A stretch of DNA of 26,713 nucleotides from a virus (IMGVR_UViG_3300037851_000756:1-26713); one strand, 5' to 3'; counted from the first letter of the stretch, positions 8,229 through 18,081 are shown. Numbers and translations: made by a program. The notes: generated from the letters alone by a model not told the origin.

Positions 8229-8452
8229 GCCTACACCAGCAAATCCGCGCCCTGCGCGCGACGGCCGCGTCGATGCTGGCGCAGCTTGAGGCACTGGAGT
8301 CGTCCGCGGACGCGATGCGCGAGTCGGAGCCGTGCGAGCACCCGGAGCGCGCGCGGTCATCTCACGTCGCCACCTTCGACAACCCCGGGCGCTGGCAATG
8401 CCGCCGGTGCGGTCATATCGGCGGCGAGCAGGCCGCCCCGAGCAAGGAGTAG
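8225..8452 (+). CDS. Small coiled-coil + putative Zn-binding protein
   Basis: ATGA overlap; CEH...CRRCG; 75 aa. Confidence 0.6.
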   Translation: MSLHQQIRALRATAASMLAQLEALESSADAMRESEPCEHPERARSSHVATFDNPGRWQCRRCGHIGGEQAAPSKE

Positions 8453-8458
8453 GCACAC

Positions 8459-9238
8459 ATGGCAGTCGAAAAGTTCTACGACGCTGGGGTCTTCTTCAAC
8501 GGCTGGAACCTCACGGGCCAGACGAACAAGATGACCCTCACGCGCAAGGTCGCGATGCTCGATACCTCCGTCTTCGGCATCGAGACGAAGGTGAACTCCC
8601 CGGGGCTCGATGAGACCGCCTTGAACATCAGCGGTTGGTGGTACGCGCAGGACACCGTCGGCACGCAGGCTCCCGACCCCAACCTCTTCAACTCGCTCGG
8701 CTCGCCGACCGGGTCGCCGCTGCTCGTCTTCCCGAAGAATCAGATGAACGAGCCGGCGTACTTCTTCCCGGCCGTGCAGGGGGTCTTCAACTTCTTCGGT
8801 GCCTTCGGCGAGCTGGCCCCGTTCTCTGCCGACTTCTCCTACTCGCAGTACGGCGCGACTGGCACGCGAGTGAAGCACTGCCGCGGCGTGCTCGGCCTCC
8901 CATACGCCGCATACGCTGCGGCCACCGGGAACGGAACATACATCCAGTACGGTGCGCCGCTCACCGCGAACGACTGGCTCGTGCTGACGGTCCACGTGGT
9001 ATCGACCGACGGCAGCGTCGTCGTCGTCTTGGAATCCGACGACAACTCGGGCTTCTCCTCGCCGACCACGCGCATCACCTCTCCCTCGCTGTCGGGCGGC
9101 GGGAGCTACATCGCAGACCTTCAGGGGCCTATCGCGACGGACACGTACTTCCGCCTCAAGTACACCCGCACGGGTGGCACGACGTTCACCGCCGTAGCGG
9201 CGCACGGGAAGACGACCCCGGCCGGACTCGGCGCATAA
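8459..9238 (+). CDS. Tail tube-like protein with C-terminal beta-sandwich domain
   Basis: N-half is paralogous to 9254-9691; AAGGAG SD; C-half has LESDDNSGF...YFRLKYT pattern. Confidence 0.7.
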   Translation: MAVEKFYDAGVFFNGWNLTGQTNKMTLTRKVAMLDTSVFGIETKVNSPGLDETALNISGWWYAQDTVGTQAPDPNLFNSLGSPTGSPLLVFPKNQMNEPAYFFPAVQGVFNFFGAFGELAPFSADFSYSQYGATGTRVKHCRGVLGLPYAAYAAATGNGTYIQYGAPLTANDWLVLTVHVVSTDGSVVVVLESDDNSGFSSPTTRITSPSLSGGGSYIADLQGPIATDTYFRLKYTRTGGTTFTAVAAHGKTTPAGLGA

Positions 9239-9253
9239 GGAAGGAGAAAAGCT

Positions 9254-9691
9254 GTGGCTGTCACCAAGTTCTACGACGCGTGGGTGTACATCGTCGGCAC
9301 GGGCACGCCCCCGACCTCGGGGGGCACGCAGATGCCGCACGTCCACTCCGTCTCGATCACGCGGTCGAGCGACATGCTCGATATCTCGGAGATGGGCGTC
9401 ACGACGAAGATCAACATGGCGGGGCTCAACGAGTGGTCTGTCGACGTCGAGTGCCTCAACGACTTCGCGGGCTCCTCGCAGGTCGACGCGCTGCTCGACG
9501 GGCGCTACGGGCAGGCCCCGTTCAACATCGCGATCAAGCCGTCGAGCGGTGCGCTCGGCTCGGGCAACCCCGTCTTCTACGGCTCCTGCGTGCTGGAGTC
9601 GTACAACCCGATCGACGGCGGCGTCGGCGAGGCGATCATGGTGAAGGCGTCGTTCAAGTGCGCCGGCAACCTGAACCGCGCGACCGCGTAA
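9254..9691 (+). CDS. Major tail tube protein
   Basis: AAGGAG SD, GTG start; D.SEMG..K..AGL.EWSV, NPVFYG, GGVGE motifs; precedes chaperone and tape measure. Confidence 0.8.
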   Translation: MAVTKFYDAWVYIVGTGTPPTSGGTQMPHVHSVSITRSSDMLDISEMGVTTKINMAGLNEWSVDVECLNDFAGSSQVDALLDGRYGQAPFNIAIKPSSGALGSGNPVFYGSCVLESYNPIDGGVGEAIMVKASFKCAGNLNRATA

Positions 9692-9807
9692 CACGACTCC
9701 CCTCTCCCGGGGGCTGGCGATAGAGGGAGCGGCTAGTGGGGCCGCCGTGGCGGGACGGGGCAAGCCCGCCGTAACCGCGCGAAGACCGCGCGAAGGAGAT
9801 TGAAGAA

Positions 9808-10185
9808 ATGCGCGAACCGTACTCTCTGACCCTCAAGGACGGAACCACGCTCGCCTTGCAGTACTCGTTCAAGGCGCTGCGCTTCTTCGAGAAGCACACC
9901 GGCCAGCACTTCTTCGGCGACTCGGCCAACGGCCGGATCGGCGTCGACTACCTCTCCGTCGGGCTGGCGGCTGGCCTGCTCTGGAAGCAGCCGCACGTCA
10001 AGGTCGACGACATGGATGCCGCGATCGAGCGACACATGGACGCCGGTGGAGACCTCCCCGCGCTCGTCGAGGGGCTGATGGAGGCCCTCAAGCACAGCGG
10101 CGTGCTGCGGCGCTCCGAGGAGGAGGAGGGGGCCGCCTCGTCCGAGCCGCGCCCTACGATGCGGGTCACCGCCGTCGAGCGGTAG
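9808..10185 (+). CDS. Tail assembly chaperone (gpG-like)
   Basis: Between tube and tape measure; LQYSFKAL..FEK.TG motif; acidic tail; AAGGAG SD. Confidence 0.8.
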   Translation: MREPYSLTLKDGTTLALQYSFKALRFFEKHTGQHFFGDSANGRIGVDYLSVGLAAGLLWKQPHVKVDDMDAAIERHMDAGGDLPALVEGLMEALKHSGVLRRSEEEEGAASSEPRPTMRVTAVER

Positions 10186-10196
10186 AAGACCCGACA

Positions 10197-10472
10197 ATGC
10201 TCGCCGCGGATCCGGCTGGCGCGTACCGCATCGCGGTCGAGCGGCTGGACATCTCGTGGCGAGACTTCGAGCGCATCTCCCCGCTTGAGCTTGCGTGGCG
10301 ATTGTGGGGCGAGCGCAGGCGAACAAACGCGCGGACGAGGCGGCTCGCGTGGGCCGTCTCGACGCTCGTCTCGCCCCACATCGCGCAGTCCGACCGCAAC
10401 AAGGTGAGCCACTCCCGCCTCTTCATGCAGGCGACCGGCGGGAACCTCGATGAGGATGAGGTGCTGAGGTGA
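10197..10472 (+). CDS. Tail assembly chaperone gpT-like segment (probably made by -1 frameshift)
   Basis: ISWRDFERISPLEL motif; -1 frame relative to 9808 gene is open across its end; no clear SD. Confidence 0.7.
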   Translation: MLAADPAGAYRIAVERLDISWRDFERISPLELAWRLWGERRRTNARTRRLAWAVSTLVSPHIAQSDRNKVSHSRLFMQATGGNLDEDEVLR

Positions 10473-13400
10473 TCAAGCAACTCGACGTCGGGCTCGGCTT
10501 GAACACCCAGCCTTTCGAGTCTGGGCTCGCTCGCGCCGGCAGCCAGTTCGGTGCGTTCGCTCGGGATCAGGCGGCGAAGATCGCGCAGGTGACGCGAGAG
10601 GTCGAGAAGCTCGGCGGGACGATGCGCGGGATGCAGGGCTTCGACGCGCTCGGCAATCCCATCAAGTCCATGAACGCCGAGCTTTCGAAGACGCCGTACA
10701 TCCTTCGCGGCGTGCAGAGCGCGGCCGTCGGCGCGAGCGCCGTGCTCGGCGGCATCTTCGGGGTCGGCATCAAGCACGCGATGGAGTTCGAGGACTCAAT
10801 GGTCAAGATCCGCGCCTTGACCGTCTCCTCGGCCGAGGACATGAAGCTCTACGGCGAGAGCATCAAGGGCATCGCGAAGGACGTTGGTGTCGGGCCGACG
10901 AAGCTGGCCGATTCGCTGTACTTCATCTCGTCTGCCGGCGTGACAGGGCAAAAGGCGCTCGACGCGGTGAAGCTCTCCGCGATGGGCGCAAAGATGGGGC
11001 TTGGCGAGGCGAGTGACGTAGCGCGCCTCCTCGCGTCCACCGTCAACGCCTTCCCATCTTCCGGCCTGACGATGCAGAAGTCGTTCGACCTGCTGACGCA
11101 GGCCGTGAAGTACGGCGCAGCCGAGGCGAGCGAATACGCACGGACAATGGGCAACGTGCTGTCGGTTGCAGAGGCGACCGGGCAGTCGCTGGAGGAGGTC
11201 TACGGGGCTGTCTCCACGTTCACGCTGACGGGCCAGACCGCAGGGCAGGCCGTCACGTCGCTTCGGCAGTTGCTTCTGAACATCTCCGCGCCGTCGAAGG
11301 TCGCCGCCGACGCGTTCAAGATGCTCGCGGCCAGCGGATACGACATCAAGAAGACGCTCGCGGAGCAGGGGCTCAACGCGGCGCTCCAGCAACTGCATCA
11401 GGCGCTCGGGAACAACGCGGAGGCGTACCGCATCCTGTTCCCGTCCGTCGAAGCCATGAACATGGCTCTTGCGCTTGGCGGGCCGCAGGCTGAAAAGTAC
11501 GCGGCTGCGGTGCGCGGGATGAAGAGCGCCGCTGGCGAGGGGCAGAAGGCCTTCGAGGAGTACGGCAAGTCGACCTCCGCTCAGTGGGCGAAGATGAAGG
11601 TCGACCTCGAACTCGCCTTCGAGGAGGTCGGTTCGGCGGCGCTGCCGATGTTCCGCTCGCTTCTGCCGACCCTGACGAGCCTGAGCACGACCGTCATACA
11701 TCTCGTCGGTGCCTTCGCGAAGCTCCCGCAGCCAATGCAGGAGATCCTGCTCGTCACCATCGGCACGGTTGGGCCGATGTCGAAGCTGCTCGGATCGATC
11801 TCCGGGCTCGCGCCCGCCGCGAAGCTCGCGTACACGAGCCTCGCCGTCATGGGCGAGAAGCTCGTCCTCGGCTCCGCTGCGACAGAAATTATGGTCGCGA
11901 AGATGGGGCTGGCGAAGACCACGTTCGTTGCCTTCGCGGGCGCGGTTGCGAGTGCGGCCGCGGCGCTGGCGTCCTTCTACGTCGGCTACAAGGCGGGGCA
12001 GTGGTTCGAGGGCACGGCGGTCGGGCAGGCGCTCGTCGCGCACGACTCCAAGAAGCAGTGGGAGGCGCTCGCCGACGTCCGCAAGGGCACCGACTTCATG
12101 AAGAGCCTTTCGGACGAGCAGCGGGAGGTCTACAAGAAGTGGGTCGCGGACACGGCGACTCGCGCGAAGGAGGCCGTCGAGAATCAGGCGTCCATCGTGC
12201 GCGCGGTGAATGCGCTGAATCAGACGCAGTTCTCGCTGCCCAACATGCTGACGGGCGGCTTCAATATGACCGCGAAGCCGTTCTCGGTCGCGTCCGGGCT
12301 TCCGGCGGCGGCCAAGGCTGCCGAGGCTCCCGGCCCCGCGGCTGCCGGCGCTGGCGACGACGCGATGGCGCGACCGATCTCGCTCTCGCGCGACATGGTG
12401 AAGGAGTGGCGCAAAGAGGCGCAGTCGGCGAAGAAGACGGCCGACGACTGGAAGCAGTCGATTGCAGAGCTATCTGGCGCGAAGGCCGCGCAGGAGATGG
12501 ACGCGCTGCGCCAGCAGGTCGACGCGCTCGGTGGCGTCTCTGGCGGCGCGATCCGCGACGTGGAGGGGCTCGGCGAGAAGATCAAGAAGCTCGCGGAGGA
12601 GGGCGCGGCCGTTCCGCAGTCGCTGCTCGTCCCGTACCTGCAAGCTCTTGGGGAAGAGCTTGAGACGCTCGACCTCGGGCTCGGCGACGTCAGGGACAAG
12701 AACCTCGACGACATCTTCAAGCGCTCCGAGACGGAGCTTGCGTCGATGACGGAGGCCTTCCGCGTCGCAGGGCCGTCGGTCCGCACGGTGAGCGATCAGT
12801 TCAACTCGCTTCGCACCAGCGTCATTAGCGCGTTTGGACCGTCGGCGATGGGCGCAAGCAACCAGCAGTTGCAAGCGCTCGTCTCGAAATTCGAGGGGCT
12901 CGCAGACGCAGGAAAGCTCACCGCCGAGCAGTTCTCCTTCCTCGGCGATCTCTACGACGAGATGCTGCGCCGCGGCCTACTCGACGCAGAACTCGTAACC
13001 GAGAAGACCTTCGACTGGCAGACGGCGCTTCAGGGTGTGTCGCTTCTCGCGGGCGCGATCGGCGGGAAGTTCGGGGACGTGGCGCAGGTCGTCGGCAATA
13101 TCACCGAGAGCTTCAAGGACTGGAAGACGCTCAAGCCCGAGGAGCGCTTCGGCGCGATCGCAGGCGCAGCGGGGCAGATCGGCGGGCTGATCGGCGGCAC
13201 GGCCGGCGCGGGCATTCAGGGTGCGGCCGGCGGCGCGATGACGGGCTTCTCGGTCGGTGGGCCGATCGGCGCGGTCGTCGGTGGGATCGGCGGGCTCATC
13301 GGCGGCATCTTCGGAAACAAGAAGAAGAAGAAGGAGGAGGAGCGCAAGCGCAAGGAGGCCGAGGCCGCGGAGAGGAAGCGGCAGGAGGAGGAGAAGGAGC

Positions 13401-14455
13401 AGCGCCGCGTCGCCGGCTACGACACCGCCGCGAGCGGGATCACGAAGATGATCACGTCGCTCAAGCCCGCGACCGAGGCCGGAGCGATGGCGCAGGCGGG
13501 GCTGTTCTCCTCCGTCTTCTGGGCGACCGTCAAGGAGAAGGGGCTCGTCGCCGCATCGAGCGCGCTCGGCGAGGCGTTCAAGAAGCTGACCGAGGGCGCG
13601 AGCGAGGCGATGCTGGCCTACCTCGCCCCGATCCAGCAGCAGATGAACCTCGCGACGAGCGAGGCGTTCGCGGGCGCGACCGAGGGCGCGGTCGGGCTGG
13701 CGCAGGCGCTCAAGGGGATGGCCGACATGGGGGTCGTCTCGATCACCGACCTCTCGAACGCCAGCATCGTCGCGACCGACCAGTACAATCAGGCTCTCGC
13801 CGCGGCGCAGGCGCAGGGGCTCGCTGGCGCGGCGGCGCAGCAGGCGGCGATCCGCGCGGTGGGGCCGGCCATCTCCGAGATCATCGCGCAGTACCAAGCG
13901 CTCGGCCTCCCGCTCGACGAGAACCTCCTCAAGCTCAAGGAGACCGCCGAGGCAAACGGGATGGCGTTCAAGGAGGACCCGCTCATCCGCGCGGCGAACG
14001 CGATGGAGCGCGTCGCGGCGGCTCTGGAGCGCGCATACGGTGGCGCGAAGGGGCTCGCCGACGAGATCGGCCGCGGCGCGAACGCCTCGCACCAGTACCG
14101 CGTCCCGAGCTACGGCGGCGGCGGCGACTACATGGGTGGCGAGGAGGTCGCAGCAGCCGAGGGCTACAGCGGATGGGTCAACAAGCCGACGCGGTTCCTC
14201 GCCGGCGAGTCAGGCCCGGAGTTCGTGTCGGTCACGCCGCGCGGAGAGGCGGGAGCGCCGCCCCTCGACGCCGCCCCGGCGCAGCCGATGGTCTACTCGC
14301 CCGTCATCAACATCACGCAGGAGAGCGCGGTGCAGACGGTCGAGGGCCAGCGCGCCTTCGGGCAGTACGTCACGGCAGCCGTCGAGCGCGCGCTCGATCA
14401 GAACTACCGCGGCTTCCTCACGCGCTTCGAGGAGCTTGCCCGCAAGGCGAAGTAG
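10469..14455 (+). CDS. Tail tape measure protein (TP901-family core)
   Basis: 1328 aa, Ala/Gly-rich helical; AMEFEDSM...LY...SAG region; Gly-rich hydrophobic block; PTRFLAGESGPE C-terminal motif. Confidence 0.93.
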   Translation: MIKQLDVGLGLNTQPFESGLARAGSQFGAFARDQAAKIAQVTREVEKLGGTMRGMQGFDALGNPIKSMNAELSKTPYILRGVQSAAVGASAVLGGIFGVGIKHAMEFEDSMVKIRALTVSSAEDMKLYGESIKGIAKDVGVGPTKLADSLYFISSAGVTGQKALDAVKLSAMGAKMGLGEASDVARLLASTVNAFPSSGLTMQKSFDLLTQAVKYGAAEASEYARTMGNVLSVAEATGQSLEEVYGAVSTFTLTGQTAGQAVTSLRQLLLNISAPSKVAADAFKMLAASGYDIKKTLAEQGLNAALQQLHQALGNNAEAYRILFPSVEAMNMALALGGPQAEKYAAAVRGMKSAAGEGQKAFEEYGKSTSAQWAKMKVDLELAFEEVGSAALPMFRSLLPTLTSLSTTVIHLVGAFAKLPQPMQEILLVTIGTVGPMSKLLGSISGLAPAAKLAYTSLAVMGEKLVLGSAATEIMVAKMGLAKTTFVAFAGAVASAAAALASFYVGYKAGQWFEGTAVGQALVAHDSKKQWEALADVRKGTDFMKSLSDEQREVYKKWVADTATRAKEAVENQASIVRAVNALNQTQFSLPNMLTGGFNMTAKPFSVASGLPAAAKAAEAPGPAAAGAGDDAMARPISLSRDMVKEWRKEAQSAKKTADDWKQSIAELSGAKAAQEMDALRQQVDALGGVSGGAIRDVEGLGEKIKKLAEEGAAVPQSLLVPYLQALGEELETLDLGLGDVRDKNLDDIFKRSETELASMTEAFRVAGPSVRTVSDQFNSLRTSVISAFGPSAMGASNQQLQALVSKFEGLADAGKLTAEQFSFLGDLYDEMLRRGLLDAELVTEKTFDWQTALQGVSLLAGAIGGKFGDVAQVVGNITESFKDWKTLKPEERFGAIAGAAGQIGGLIGGTAGAGIQGAAGGAMTGFSVGGPIGAVVGGIGGLIGGIFGNKKKKKEEERKRKEAEAAERKRQEEEKEQRRVAGYDTAASGITKMITSLKPATEAGAMAQAGLFSSVFWATVKEKGLVAASSALGEAFKKLTEGASEAMLAYLAPIQQQMNLATSEAFAGATEGAVGLAQALKGMADMGVVSITDLSNASIVATDQYNQALAAAQAQGLAGAAAQQAAIRAVGPAISEIIAQYQALGLPLDENLLKLKETAEANGMAFKEDPLIRAANAMERVAAALERAYGGAKGLADEIGRGANASHQYRVPSYGGGGDYMGGEEVAAAEGYSGWVNKPTRFLAGESGPEFVSVTPRGEAGAPPLDAAPAQPMVYSPVINITQESAVQTVEGQRAFGQYVTAAVERALDQNYRGFLTRFEELARKAK

Positions 14456-14458
14456 CGC

Positions 14459-15754
14459 ATGGGCAACCTCAACGCGTCGATGCTCGCCGAGCTTCAAAAA
14501 GCCTCGCCGTCCGTCCTGTTCCTGCTACGCCTCGACCTCCCGTCTGGCGTGCGCTACTACTCGGAGCCCGGCGGGCTCGTCTCGGGCACCGGGCTGTACG
14601 AGCCGCGCGTGCTGGCGTGGGGGCCGATCTCGAAGTCGACGAACTACCGGCAGAGCACGCTGGAGCTTCCCTCGACCGAGGTCGTGCTCGACGACACGGA
14701 CGGCGACCTCTCGCGGCGCTGGCTTGGCAGCGAAGGGCGCACGATGCGCGGCTCGACGGCGACGATCTACCTCGCATCGCCGAACGTCGCGGCGGCGAAC
14801 TGGTACACCGCCTTCGTCGGGCGGATCGATTCGATGTACCAGCCCGCGCCGCTGACGTGGAGCGTGCAGCTGGCGTCGCTCGACCTGCCGCTGCGGCGCG
14901 AGACGATGCCGCGCGCCGTGATCTCGCTCGGCGACTGGCCGAATGCCGACCGCTCGGAGTTGAGCAAGCCGATCCCGATCGTCTACGGCACCGTCTCCTC
15001 GGCGCAGATGACGGAGCTTGGCGCGGTGAAGTGCCTCTACGTCGATCGCACCGGCTTCCGCTACGTCGTCTGTGCGGGGATCGCGAAGTCGGTCGTGGCC
15101 GTCTTCTCCGACGGCGTTCGCAAGACGCTGACGACGGACTACACGGTCACGAACCCGGTGGTGAACGGGCGGGTCTACACGGTCATCGACTTCGTCGCCG
15201 ATCAGGGCACGAAGCCGATCACGGCCGACGTGAAGGGGATGGAGTCGGTGGGCGACGGCAGCGGGACGCTCATCTCGAATCCCGCCGACGTGATCGCGCA
15301 CGTCCTCAACAACTGGGTCTACTCCGACTATCGCAGCGGAGCGTGGTCCTCGACGGCGATGGTCGAGACGACGCGGCTCGCCGCGCTCTCGTCCTACTTC
15401 TCCGCGCGAGGCGTCGAGGCGTCGGTCCACATCGGCTCGAAGACGACGGGCATCAGCTTCATCTCGCAATTCCTCGAGTCGTACCAACTGAAGGCGTGGT
15501 GGGAGGCCGACAAGATCGCGCTCGGCGTCGATGACCCGACCGACTTCTCCGCGCCCTATGTGCTGCGCTCCGACGAGGTCGACGGCTGGCGGCTCCAGTT
15601 CCCGACCGCCGACGCCATCGACCGCATCGACGCCTCCTACGCCTACTTCGACAGCGACTCCAGTTACCGGCAGTACCTGACGGTGCAGGATCTCCAGACG
15701 GGAGAGGGCGCACCGGAGTCGCTCGACCTCCGCTACTCGGCGGCCTTCATCTAG
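14459..15754 (+). CDS. Tail tip/hub protein (N-terminal part)
   Basis: Follows tape measure; KPIPIVYG and NPADVI motifs typical of siphophage hub/central tail proteins. Confidence 0.7.
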   Translation: MGNLNASMLAELQKASPSVLFLLRLDLPSGVRYYSEPGGLVSGTGLYEPRVLAWGPISKSTNYRQSTLELPSTEVVLDDTDGDLSRRWLGSEGRTMRGSTATIYLASPNVAAANWYTAFVGRIDSMYQPAPLTWSVQLASLDLPLRRETMPRAVISLGDWPNADRSELSKPIPIVYGTVSSAQMTELGAVKCLYVDRTGFRYVVCAGIAKSVVAVFSDGVRKTLTTDYTVTNPVVNGRVYTVIDFVADQGTKPITADVKGMESVGDGSGTLISNPADVIAHVLNNWVYSDYRSGAWSSTAMVETTRLAALSSYFSARGVEASVHIGSKTTGISFISQFLESYQLKAWWEADKIALGVDDPTDFSAPYVLRSDEVDGWRLQFPTADAIDRIDASYAYFDSDSSYRQYLTVQDLQTGEGAPESLDLRYSAAFI

Positions 15755-15759
15755 CCCCC

Positions 15760-18081
15760 ATGCCCACCATCTACTCCGAGGTCACCTTCACCGACGGCGG
15801 CGGCAGCGGCACGTGGTTCGGCTTCGCTGCCACCTATCCCGCCGGCATCGCAGCGAACGACTCGTCGGACGTTCGCACGGACGGCTCGGTCGCGGGCTAC
15901 TCGCAGGGGCACTACTACACCTTCACGGGGCTGCCGACCTACTGCGGCATCAATTGGGCCTACGTCGGCGGCGGCGGCAGCAACGGCTCGGGCGCGACGC
16001 TGACGATGTACCTCGGCGGGCAGGCGGTGCAGGTTGTGACGGGCGTCGGGGCGTACACGATCGGAGGCTACGTCTTCGGCCTGAGCCGCAACGCGGCAGC
16101 GAACATCGCGTCGCAGTGCTACTGCGCTGGCAACGGTAACGGCAACCCGTCGTCGATCAACCACATGCCCGTCACGCTCTCGTGGGACTACCTGCCGCTG
16201 CTCTCGCTGACCGCGAACGACGTCACGAACTACGCGCCGACCTCGGTCACGCTCAACGGCCAGTACAACGCGAACGGCGACGGTGGCTCGCAGTGGCGGC
16301 TCGTCTACAAGGAGTTCACGGCGGGCTCGTTCGACACGCCGTCCTACACCGCGGCCCCGGGGCAGATCGGGACCGTCGTCGGCTCGCGCAACCTGACGGG
16401 GCTCACGCCGGGCACGACCTACCTCTACAAGGTGCAGGCGCTCAACAGCGGCTCGGTGCTCTACGAGTCGCCCGAGCGGAGCTTCCAGACGAACGCCGGC
16501 ACGCCCGCGCAGAACAACCGGATCCGCGAGATCCTGACCCGCCGGCTGTGGACGCTGCGCCGGCCGCGCGCGTTGCTGGAGATCACCGCTCCGCTCTCGA
16601 TCCTCGACGCGAACGTGCTCGACCGCGTCGCCGTCGAAAGCCCGATCGGACCGACGCCGAGCGGCATCGGCTGGAGCGGCGGCGCGGAGTGGAAGCGCCG
16701 CGTGTTCTCGATCCAGCGCATGGAGATCGACGTGCACGCGCAGGTCGTCCGGCTGCTCCTGCTCGATCGACGCGAGCTTGACGTGCGGCTCTACGACACC
16801 GGGATGACCTCGCTCGCGAACCTCTCGGGGCTCGACCTCGAACGCGACAACGGCGTCGCGCGCCTCTCGCGCGGGGCCGCGCGCACCTACACGCGCACGG
16901 GCAAGGCGTGGGTCGCCAACCCGACGGACCCGACGAAGGTCATCGAGTGCAGCGCCGCCACGCCGGCCATCACCAGCACGGGCGAGTTCTTCGAGGCATC
17001 GCGCGCGAATCACTTTCTGAGGACGTCCGGCGTGTCGGGCCTGACCGGGCTGTCGCTCAGCGGCACGGGCACGAACGGCTCGACCATCACCGCCGACACC
17101 GCCGTCCTTCTCTTCAACCCGGAGTCCTCGCCGAACAGCATCAAGCTCACCGCCGGCTCGCCGCACACCGTCACGCTGACCGTCTGGCTGCCGACGAGCG
17201 CGACGATCACCGCGAACTCGGTCTGCGTGCTCTCGATCGACCACGCCGAGGACTCCGGGGCCAGCCTCTACTTCACGATGCGCCGCAACGCCGACAACTA
17301 CTGGTACAACGCTGGCAGCAACTCGTGGCAGGCGAGCGAGATTCAGAACACGCTGCCCAACGTGACGAGCCCGAACGAGGCGAGCCGCTATGTCTCGTCG
17401 GCCTTCTCCATCGGCGCGGCGAACTCGACGTTCCTCTTCGGGGTCGGCTTCCTCGGCGGCGGCACCGCCGGGCGCGTCGGCCGCCTCTTCCACGCGCAGC
17501 TCGAAGTCGGCGGCTACGTCGGCACGCGCGTCATCTGCGACGCCACCGCTTCCGTCACGCGCGGCGCGACGACGCTCACCTATGAGGTGACGACCGCCGC
17601 GAAGATCTACGACCCGACGGTGGGCACCTTCTTCGCCGAGGTCATCCCGACGTGGAGCGCGTCGCAACTCGGCGGCAGCGACAAGCGCTACGTCTACCAC
17701 ATGGAGACGAACGGCGGCGCGGACTACGACGCGCTCTACTACGACCGCGCGTCGTCGGCATGGCGCTTCGAGCGCAAGGTCGGCGGCTCGACCTACATCG
17801 CTTCGCGCGCGGCCTCGCCCGTCGCTGGGACGACGTACCGGCTCGCCGCGCGCTGGACGAGCAGCGCCGGCGAGCTTGACCTGCCGGCCTACTCGATCAG
17901 CGTCTTCGTCGATGGCGCGAAGGGCACCGACGCGACGAGCGCTGCGCCGACCTTCACGAGCCCCGAGACGCTGTGGGTCGGCAGCAACGGCTCCGGGGCG
18001 GGCCAGTTCGATGGGCGCATCCGCGAGCGCCGCGTCTTCCCGCACGCGCTCCTCGACGCTGAGATCGGCAGGCTCCCGTGA
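15760..18081 (+). CDS. Multidomain tail protein: FN3 + hub-like segment + fibre/LamG-like domain
   Basis: LTGLTPGTTYLYKVQALN (FN3); AQLEVG...TRGA motif; LWVGS...FDGRI...ALLDAEI LamG-like end. Confidence 0.75.
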   Translation: MPTIYSEVTFTDGGGSGTWFGFAATYPAGIAANDSSDVRTDGSVAGYSQGHYYTFTGLPTYCGINWAYVGGGGSNGSGATLTMYLGGQAVQVVTGVGAYTIGGYVFGLSRNAAANIASQCYCAGNGNGNPSSINHMPVTLSWDYLPLLSLTANDVTNYAPTSVTLNGQYNANGDGGSQWRLVYKEFTAGSFDTPSYTAAPGQIGTVVGSRNLTGLTPGTTYLYKVQALNSGSVLYESPERSFQTNAGTPAQNNRIREILTRRLWTLRRPRALLEITAPLSILDANVLDRVAVESPIGPTPSGIGWSGGAEWKRRVFSIQRMEIDVHAQVVRLLLLDRRELDVRLYDTGMTSLANLSGLDLERDNGVARLSRGAARTYTRTGKAWVANPTDPTKVIECSAATPAITSTGEFFEASRANHFLRTSGVSGLTGLSLSGTGTNGSTITADTAVLLFNPESSPNSIKLTAGSPHTVTLTVWLPTSATITANSVCVLSIDHAEDSGASLYFTMRRNADNYWYNAGSNSWQASEIQNTLPNVTSPNEASRYVSSAFSIGAANSTFLFGVGFLGGGTAGRVGRLFHAQLEVGGYVGTRVICDATASVTRGATTLTYEVTTAAKIYDPTVGTFFAEVIPTWSASQLGGSDKRYVYHMETNGGADYDALYYDRASSAWRFERKVGGSTYIASRAASPVAGTTYRLAARWTSSAGELDLPAYSISVFVDGAKGTDATSAAPTFTSPETLWVGSNGSGAGQFDGRIRERRVFPHALLDAEIGRLP

